Position numbers and translations under genes: made by a program. The notes below the pieces were generated by a model. The model ran no database searches. It saw nothing but the letters and a program-made list of their open reading frames with translations, and was not told the origin of the DNA. Positions 8,830 through 14,225 of a stretch of 14,225 nucleotides of DNA are shown piece after piece. Origin of the DNA: a virus (taxonomy: Duplodnaviria; Heunggongvirae; Uroviricota; Caudoviricetes); IMG/VR virus record IMGVR_UViG_2606217174_000013, positions 1 to 14,225 of that record; one strand, written 5' to 3'. Within the stretch, counting starts at the first letter, position 1. Each line of letters starts with the position of its first letter.

Positions 8830-10002
8830 TTACGCGCTGACCTGGCTGGCGAAATTCACCAGGTACTGATCGGTGATGCGCTGGCGCAGCATCAGATTTT
8901 CAAGTGGCGGCACTGGCGTGTAGTCATAGTCGATAGTGAGTTTTCCGGCTTTCAGCGTGTCTTTGTCGTTCACCGACTCATCCAGCCAGCAATCACCACC
9001 AATGAGATAGCCCTGACTGACCAGGCTGCGCATTTTGGCGCGGATACCTTCGATAATGTCGCGGGCCAGCGACGGGTTAAGCGGTTTATCCACCGCCCAC
9101 ATGTGTGCTTCTGCCATCGTGTCCATCAGCACCTGCGCCGTGCGGGTGTAGTTTTCGAAGGCAAAGAGCGGGTCATCACTCAGGCAGCGGGAACCCCAGA
9201 AGCGGAAACCGTCCTTGCGCACAAGCGTGGTGACGTCGTTCTGGTTCAGCAGACCTGCATCGGTTGCCGGGTCCTGCAGATCCCAGAACACATCTGCAGA
9301 AATTCCGGTGACACCGTTCACGCCCACGTTGGACAGGCTTTTGTGCCACCCGGTCTGCTCATCAATTTTGGCACGCAGACCAAGCGCACGGGCGGTGGCA
9401 TATGCCGTTGCTTCGGCATTCAGCACCGTGTCCCAGCCAGTAAAGTCGGGCCAGATCAGCATTCCTTCGCGCTGGCTGAAGTTTTCACGATAAGTGATCG
9501 CCTCCTGTACCGTCTTGCAGCCATACGCTGACAGGTAAGCAAACCCACGCAGGCTTTGCGCCACGCTCAGCAACTCAGTCGCAACGGCTTTGTTATCGTG
9601 ACCTGGCACGCCGAGAATGCGCGGTTTAACGCCGAGCTGTGACTGGGCAGATAGCAGGGCTTTCATGCCTGTTTTTTTACCTTCAGCAGTCACAGCGCCG
9701 ATGATATTGGTCGTGGTTTCGTCTTCCGTTTCACCCTGCGGCACACGCACAACAACGGTCACGGGTTTTGCCTGATCAGCGATGGCATCCAGCGAACGGG
9801 CCAGAGTACCGGACTCACCCGCTTTACCGCTGGCAGTCAGCACATCAGTGATCAGCACGGGTTTATTAAGAGGAAACATTTTTGCATCGGCATCATCGCC
9901 CGTGCAGACCATACCCACGATGGCGGTGCTCACCGTGGTAATGGATCGGGTGCCTTCGTTGACTTCAACAACGCGCACCCCGTGGTGGTAATCCTGAGCC
10001 AT
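8830..10002 (-). CDS. FI: contractile tail sheath protein (P2 gpFI)
   Basis: 390-aa ORF with strong AGGAGG Shine-Dalgarno upstream of the ATG at 10002; first gene of the FI-FII-E-T-U-D block as in P2. Confidence 0.9.
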   Translation of the reverse strand: MAQDYHHGVRVVEVNEGTRSITTVSTAIVGMVCTGDDADAKMFPLNKPVLITDVLTASGKAGESGTLARSLDAIADQAKPVTVVVRVPQGETEDETTTNIIGAVTAEGKKTGMKALLSAQSQLGVKPRILGVPGHDNKAVATELLSVAQSLRGFAYLSAYGCKTVQEAITYRENFSQREGMLIWPDFTGWDTVLNAEATAYATARALGLRAKIDEQTGWHKSLSNVGVNGVTGISADVFWDLQDPATDAGLLNQNDVTTLVRKDGFRFWGSRCLSDDPLFAFENYTRTAQVLMDTMAEAHMWAVDKPLNPSLARDIIEGIRAKMRSLVSQGYLIGGDCWLDESVNDKDTLKAGKLTIDYDYTPVPPLENLMLRQRITDQYLVNFASQVSA

Positions 10003-10078
10003 AGCGGCGAACCTCCTGATTGGATTAGGCTTCGCCCTATGTTGAAGTGATTGTGCCCGACAAACAGCTAAGTGTCGT

Positions 10079-10096
10079 TGTGCCGTTATTCACACA
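10079..10096 (-). promoter_or_regulatory. putative Ogr-dependent late promoter element (TGT-N12-ACA dyad) for the FI operon
   Basis: TGTGCCGTTATTCACACA has the TGT-N12-ACA symmetry characteristic of P2 late promoters; its centre is about 85 bp upstream of the FI start, compatible with a -55 activator site plus a roughly 30-nt leader. Confidence 0.45.
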
Positions 10097-10144
10097 AAAT
10101 GACGGTATTTGTCTACTTGCAGGGATAATCAAAATTATGCTGAT

Positions 10145-10711
10145 TCAGGGGGATTCACTGCTCTTATTTGCCGGAAATTTTCTATAAATGGTAGAAACGC
10201 CCACATCAAAAATCAGTGCAATACGCTGTCTTGATTCTCCGGCCTCGAGTAAACGTCCAATCTGTGCCCACTGTTCGGTGGTCAACTTAGGACGACGTCC
10301 ACCTACTCTGCCTTTGTCGCGAGCTGCAGCAATCCCCGCCCTGGTACGTTCAACTATCAGTTCGCGTTCCATTTCAGCCAGGGCACCCATGACATGAAAA
10401 AAGAAACGGCCCATTGGGGTACTGGTATCAATACTGTCAGTCAGGCTTCGGAAATTCACGCCACGCTGGCGCAACTCTTCTATCAGCGTAACAAGATGCC
10501 GCATACTGCGTCCCAACCTGTCCAGCTTCCAGACAACCAGCGTGTCTCCTGCCGATAGTGTCCTGAGTAGTTTTTTCAGTCCCGGTCTGTCGGACTTAGT
10601 GCCACTGATTTTGTCCTCAAAAATTCGCTCACATCCCGCGCAGTTCAGTGCATTACGTTGCAAATCGGTGTTCTGGTCATTTGTTGACACACGTACATAG
10701 CCAATAAGCAT
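10145..10711 (-). CDS. serine DNA invertase (Hin/Gin/Pin/Cin family site-specific recombinase)
   Basis: N-terminus MLIGYVRVSTNDQ with the catalytic serine in the conserved motif; resolvase-type catalytic domain; C-terminal helix-turn-helix (...VGVSTIYRKF...). Start chosen at the ATG at 10711, which has a GGGGG Shine-Dalgarno 6 nt upstream; the track start at 10717 is too close to it. Confidence 0.9.
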   Translation of the reverse strand: MLIGYVRVSTNDQNTDLQRNALNCAGCERIFEDKISGTKSDRPGLKKLLRTLSAGDTLVVWKLDRLGRSMRHLVTLIEELRQRGVNFRSLTDSIDTSTPMGRFFFHVMGALAEMERELIVERTRAGIAAARDKGRVGGRRPKLTTEQWAQIGRLLEAGESRQRIALIFDVGVSTIYRKFPANKSSESP

Positions 10712-10766
10712 GATCATCCCCCTGAATAAAAACCGGAGATGATGCCAGTTAGCTGTTACCTCTGCA

Positions 10767-10792
10767 TTTTCTTAAACGTTGGTTTGGGAGAA
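10767..10792. repeat. invertase crossover site, left (gix/hix/cix-like 26-bp site)
   Basis: TTTTCTTAAACG TT GGTTTGGGAGAA; the 14 bp at 10779-10792 (TTGGTTTGGGAGAA) are a perfect inverted copy of 12691-12704; half-sites fit the TTxTCxxAAACC pattern of Hin-family sites around a 2-bp core (10779-10780). Confidence 0.7.
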
Positions 10793-11248
10793 ACGATAAA
10801 TAAAGCCTCCGGAGCTATGCAGAAATCGGCTAATGGATCTGATATTTCTGATGTATCAGCCTTCCGAAATGCGCTCCAGTTAGGGACCGCTGCAACACGA
10901 GATGTTGGAGCAGATAATCCCTCGAAGTTACTGGATTTAGACAGCTTCAGGTCAATGATGTCAGGTAATGGCTACATCTACATTCCATGCATTGCGACGA
11001 CAGGAAACCCGGTGAAACTTATGTTGCAGTGGGGAACGGTGGCAACACAAAAGGGAGCTGATGTTGGATATGCCTTACCATTTGCTTTTCCCTATGCAGG
11101 CTTGTTTGCGACCGGAAACCGTGGAACATCTGGCTACAATGCCGCGATGAATGTGCGTATTGCCAGCAGAACGCATATCAGTATTCAGAACTGGTCGCCA
11201 TCCGGAGAGGGCACCGAAGATTGTTGTTTTATCGCGCTGGGGTATTAA
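10781..11248 (+). CDS. silent alternative tail-fibre C-terminal (receptor-binding) cassette; promoterless, expressed only after inversion fuses it to the constant part of H
   Basis: Open frame running in-frame through the crossover site (…VGLGE TINKAS…) to a TAA stop at 11246-11248. The track start at 10739 lies outside the invertible segment and is probably not a real start. About 150 aa, no obvious similarity to the current H C-terminus. Confidence 0.65.
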   Translation, partial: GLGETINKASGAMQKSANGSDISDVSAFRNALQLGTAATRDVGADNPSKLLDLDSFRSMMSGNGYIYIPCIATTGNPVKLMLQWGTVATQKGADVGYALPFAFPYAGLFATGNRGTSGYNAAMNVRIASRTHISIQNWSPSGEGTEDCCFIALGY

Positions 11249-11250
11249 GA

Positions 11251-11667
11251 ATGAATAAATTTTATAAAGGCTCTTTCTATCCGGAAGCACTAAAAGATGT
11301 ATATATCAGCGCCGGTTCATGGCCTGAAAATGGCGCTGATGTTGATGATGAAACAATGGCAATTTACACAGGCGTAGCGCCAGAAGGCAAAACGCTGGGG
11401 GCTGATAAAAATGGTAATCCTGCGTGGATTGATATCCCGCCACTCTCCGCTGAACAACAGATTATTCTGGCTGAACAGAAAAGAACGGTATTGCGTTCTA
11501 TGGCTGATAAGGAAATAGTCTGGAGACAGGATGCTTTTGATGCGGAAATCGCGACGGCAGAAGAAACCGCCGCGTTATCTGAATGGAAAAAATACCGGGT
11601 CTTGCTGATGCGCGTTGATACATCAAATCCCGTCTGGCCTACGCCTCCGGGGGAGCAGGCCAATTGA
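11251..11667 (+). CDS. alternative tail fibre assembly chaperone (Tfa; U'-like)
   Basis: 138-aa product from the ATG at 11251 (MNKFYKGSFYPEA...), 2 nt after the alternative fibre cassette stop; C-terminal ...DTSNPVWPTPPGEQAN resembles the C-terminus of the G product. Confidence 0.8.
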   Translation: MNKFYKGSFYPEALKDVYISAGSWPENGADVDDETMAIYTGVAPEGKTLGADKNGNPAWIDIPPLSAEQQIILAEQKRTVLRSMADKEIVWRQDAFDAEIATAEETAALSEWKKYRVLLMRVDTSNPVWPTPPGEQAN

Positions 11668-12241
11668 TATCCGGCGCGGTGCTGGTATCAGTTGCCGTCA
11701 CCGCGTCAATGTAATCCAGCACAGCGTTAAGTCGGGTGTTTTCTGTCTGCGTCAGCTTCCGCCCGGTCTGCAATTTCAGTTGAATCAGACTAATGGAAGC
11801 CATTGCAGTATCAATCAGTGACTGACGCTGTGCTTCTGCCGCGCCTACTGCGGCACTATGCTGTGCCTCAGTATCTGTCACCCATTTCTCACCATCCCAT
11901 TTATCGTATGGCGTTAACGGTGCGAGAGTGGTTGTATTATCAGGGTAATCACCCGGTGCTGTGATTTCTTTTGATTCTCCTGTTTCGGTGCTAAAGACAA
12001 TTTCACCGCGATGGTCCGGCACATATTCCCATGAATTTAAATCCACAGAGCGGCAAATTGAATAACCATCCTTATGTGTACCAGGAGCCTCTAAACAGGA
12101 ACATGCCGGAATACCAACACCCACAGCAAGATATTCAGATGATTCGGAAATATATTCCCGCGTATCACCATCATAGTTATAAACGATGACGTTTCCCGCC
12201 TGTACGGCAATAAGGTCATTATTTAATATCGCGTTATTCAT
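11639..12241 (-). CDS. G: tail fibre assembly chaperone (P2 gpG / Tfa), currently expressed copy
   Basis: 200-aa ORF whose ATG overlaps the H stop (TAATG); C-terminus ...TDTSTAPDINWPAPPEA; immediately downstream of the fibre gene as in P2. Confidence 0.85.
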   Translation of the reverse strand: MNNAILNNDLIAVQAGNVIVYNYDGDTREYISESSEYLAVGVGIPACSCLEAPGTHKDGYSICRSVDLNSWEYVPDHRGEIVFSTETGESKEITAPGDYPDNTTTLAPLTPYDKWDGEKWVTDTEAQHSAAVGAAEAQRQSLIDTAMASISLIQLKLQTGRKLTQTENTRLNAVLDYIDAVTATDTSTAPDINWPAPPEA

Positions 12242-13752
12242 TATGCAGCTCTCACAATATAATTGAAGGCGATGTTACGTGGGCGGGTTTCATTTCCCCC
12301 TGAAAACTCCGTTCTGTATTGACTGTTAAACCTCCCGTTAATCGCACCTTCCTGCACGGCGTTATCTGTCGACAACAGACTGTCGCCCTGTCTGTCATTT
12401 GGTTCCAGTACTGTATTATTCCACGCGTCCCATGATCGGATATAGTGACAATGACTCCCTGTCAACCATTCCTGTGCGCTTAAGATGGCTCGACCTGTAT
12501 CCACACCGCGCCCGTCATCCCAGCCACGAATAAATTCACCGCGTAAATCAGGTAATTTTCCGCTCGGGTAAGCCTTTGCCAGTTCCGGGTATTCTTCAGC
12601 AGAAAAAGCCGCACCGTTGCATTTCAGCCAGCCTGTCGGAGGTGTGACAGAAGGCCAGGGAACAGGGACACCAACGGGTAATGCTGAGCCTTCTCCCAAA
12701 CCAAGGTATGCGAGAAGACCAGCTACATCCTTTCCACTCAAATTAGTCAGCGTATTGTCCAGCGGTTGTTTACCTGACAGAGCATTCAACATTGTCGTGG
12801 CAAAGTTCGGGTCATTTCCCAGCGCCGCCGCCAGTTCGTTCAGTGTATCCAGTGCAGCAGGTGCAGAACCCACCATTGCCGCAATCGCCGATTTCACAAA
12901 AGCCGTGGTGGCAATCTGTGTATTGTTGACCGACTGTGCCGCCGTGGGGGCTGTCGGCGTCCCGGTAAGTGCAGGACTCGACAGCGGCGCTTTGAGTGCC
13001 AGCGCATCATTAATGGTGGTACTGAATTTCGGGTCATTGTTAATGGCTGCGGCTATTTCTTTCAGTGTGTCCAGCGTGGCTGGCGCACCATTAATAAGAG
13101 CCGTCAGTGCCGCCTGAACAAACGCAGTGGTCGCAACCTGCGTGGTGTTATTGCCTGCCGCAGGTGTTGGCGCTTTTGGTGTCCCGGTAAACGTCGGACT
13201 TTCTTTCTGTGCATATTGTGAATGCGGGTCCGGTGCGGCAAGGTGTTTTGCCAGCTGGTCATCCACGTACACCTTCAGCTCCAGTGCCTTGTCATCCACA
13301 TACTTGCGGGTTGCCAGCACTACGGCAGGGTCGATTTTCAGGGTGATATTGTCCGTGCTGCTGGTAATCAACACCATACGCACGGTCTGGGTGCGCCCGC
13401 TGCCTTCAGCCAGTTGCGGCTTATAGCTTTCCGGGCAGTTGCCCACGGCAATCAATGCCCCTGACTCATCAAACAGGCCCACTTCACGTATCCACCAACC
13501 GCCCTCGTTTTCAGGGATCACCTGTTCAGCAATAATCTGGCTGCTGTTCTGCAGGTCGATATAAAGCATATTCAGCGCAGCCCGGCGTTTCTCATTTACC
13601 AGTGCCGTCTGCTTTGCGTCCGGCGTTGGCAATACTCCGCCGCCATCGCCCACCGCCATATGGGTAATTTTTAGCGGCACACCGAGCGCGGCGGCGCTGG
13701 CAAGTTTCGCCGCGCCAATATCCGTCAGCAGGGTATAAAATTTTGTGCTCAT
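12241..13752 (-). CDS. H: tail fibre protein (P2 gpH family), current orientation
   Basis: 503-aa ORF; N-terminus MSTKF...MAVGDGGG... resembles the conserved P2 H N-terminal domain; two tandem fibre repeats in the middle; C-terminal variable domain begins at the crossover site (codons 350-354, LGLGE). Confidence 0.9.
   Translation of the reverse strand: MSTKFYTLLTDIGAAKLASAAALGVPLKITHMAVGDGGGVLPTPDAKQTALVNEKRRAALNMLYIDLQNSSQIIAEQVIPENEGGWWIREVGLFDESGALIAVGNCPESYKPQLAEGSGRTQTVRMVLITSSTDNITLKIDPAVVLATRKYVDDKALELKVYVDDQLAKHLAAPDPHSQYAQKESPTFTGTPKAPTPAAGNNTTQVATTAFVQAALTALINGAPATLDTLKEIAAAINNDPKFSTTINDALALKAPLSSPALTGTPTAPTAAQSVNNTQIATTAFVKSAIAAMVGSAPAALDTLNELAAALGNDPNFATTMLNALSGKQPLDNTLTNLSGKDVAGLLAYLGLGEGSALPVGVPVPWPSVTPPTGWLKCNGAAFSAEEYPELAKAYPSGKLPDLRGEFIRGWDDGRGVDTGRAILSAQEWLTGSHCHYIRSWDAWNNTVLEPNDRQGDSLLSTDNAVQEGAINGRFNSQYRTEFSGGNETRPRNIAFNYIVRAA
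12691..12716. repeat. invertase crossover site, right (inside H at the constant/variable junction)
   Basis: TTCTCCCAAACC AA GGTATGCGAGAA; the first 14 bp are the exact reverse complement of 10779-10792; the 2-bp core (12703-12704) falls in codon 350 of H. Confidence 0.7.
12757..13200 (-). repeat. two tandem ~222-bp (74-codon) fibre repeats within H
   Basis: H residues 185-258 and 259-332 are two copies of the pattern SP-x-TGTP-x-APT...NNT-Q-ATTAFV...AP-A-LDTL-E-AAA-NDP-F-TT..., visible as two similar DNA blocks. Confidence 0.5.
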
Positions 13753-14225
13753 GGATTCACTCTCATTGTGTCAATAACATGGACCGCCCCGCCTTCATGC
13801 GCGGTGCCACCGGAAATAATCGTTTCGTTGATATACGGATAGATCGTGATTTCTTCGCCAAGATAGCTGGCGGCTCCCACCCAATGCGGGCCGCTGGTCT
13901 GCAGATTGATGGACATGCCGATCATGTGGCGGCTACATGGTTTGGCATCGCTTATCAGTCGCTCAAGTTCCAGATAGGTATCTTCAGTGATGCCCTGGTC
14001 CTGCACGCCGATATCCAGGCGAAACGTGCCCGGTGTTTCTCCGGTCTGCCACCACTCAATAATGCGGATCAGGAATCCGAACGGTTCCACCACCCGCCGC
14101 ACGGCACTGGTGGTTCCTTTATGCTGATGAATATAAAAAGCATCCTTCACTACCTGGCGTTTGACGCTTTCTGTCCAGCCCTCGTCCCAGCGATCCACAG
14201 AGAACGCCCAGGCGAGATAAGGCAG
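13749..14225 (-). CDS. I: baseplate protein I (P2 gpI family), C-terminal part; the 5' end is outside the window
   Basis: The reading frame is open to the window edge: the track start at 14198 is a GTG and codons continue upstream of it. Stop overlaps the H start (ATGA); sits directly upstream of H as in P2. Confidence 0.75.
   Translation of the reverse strand: MPYLAWAFSVDRWDEGWTESVKRQVVKDAFYIHQHKGTTSAVRRVVEPFGFLIRIIEWWQTGETPGTFRLDIGVQDQGITEDTYLELERLISDAKPCSRHMIGMSINLQTSGPHWVGAASYLGEEITIYPYINETIISGGTAHEGGAVHVIDTMRVNP

Larger units (their letters stand above)
10780..12703. other. invertible tail-fibre host-range segment (G-segment analogue), about 1.9 kb
   Basis: Bounded by the two inverted crossover-site cores; contains the current fibre C-terminus plus chaperone on the minus strand and an alternative fibre C-terminus plus chaperone on the plus strand; adjacent invertase gene. 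Confidence 0.7.
2856..14225. mobile_element. P2-like (Peduovirus-type) prophage, late/tail arm; continues beyond the right edge of the window
   Basis: Collinear minus-strand genes in P2 order I-H-G-FI-FII-E/E'-T-U-D-ogr, with overlapping start/stop codons (ATGA at I/H, T/U and U/D; TAATG at H/G). Left boundary is somewhere in 2621-2855; 2856 is the conservative minimum (ogr stop). Confidence 0.88.

Noticed and set aside
8326-10002. Plus-strand ORFs antisense to FII and FI (158, 98, 142, 92 and 69 aa) and a 93-aa minus-strand ORF in another frame of FII
   Set aside because: Nested within the tail tube and sheath genes, with no independent ribosome-binding sites and no recognisable domains.
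10739-10780. ATG-ATG start of the ORF-track alternative fibre ORF at 10739
   Set aside because: These 14 codons lie outside the invertible segment, directly upstream of the divergent invertase start. The cassette is better explained as a promoterless C-terminal exchange module expressed only after inversion, though I cannot exclude a short standalone product.
12617-13464. Plus-strand ORFs (166, 99 and 80 aa) antisense to the tail fibre gene
   Set aside because: Antisense shadows of the Ala/Gly/Thr-rich fibre repeat region; low-complexity products.
1-14225. CRISPR arrays, IS elements or toxin-antitoxin / defence cargo
   Set aside because: No short direct repeats with regular spacers, no transposase-like ORF with terminal inverted repeats, and no unassigned gene-sized gap inside the prophage arm; every ORF over about 60 aa outside known genes is an antisense shadow.

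Overview
The window holds two unrelated blocks. (1) 1-2620 is ordinary enterobacterial (E. coli-like) chromosome: grxA (+), ybjM (-), ybjL (+), with hairpin terminators after grxA and ybjL. (2) From about 2856 to the window end is the late/tail arm of a P2-like prophage, all on the minus strand in P2 order: I (partial), H (tail fibre), G (fibre assembly), FI (sheath), FII (tube), E and E+E' (chaperone pair made by a -1 frameshift), T (tape measure), U, D, ogr. The prophage-host junction lies somewhere in 2621-2855. The most interesting structure is a Gin/Hin/Pin/Cin-type invertible tail-fibre switch at 10767-12716. It has two 26-bp crossover sites in inverted orientation sharing a 14-bp perfect core, one inside H and one next to a serine invertase gene. 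They bracket the current fibre C-terminus plus its chaperone and, on the other strand, a silent promoterless alternative fibre C-terminus plus its own chaperone. Both sites are read in the same frame (Gly-Leu-Gly-Glu), so inversion would give an in-frame swap of the receptor-binding domain. I see no CRISPR, tRNA, rRNA, IS element or defence-type cargo. All of this belongs to well-described families; I found nothing I would call an undescribed system, and every family assignment rests on recalled sequence signatures and gene order, not on a database search.
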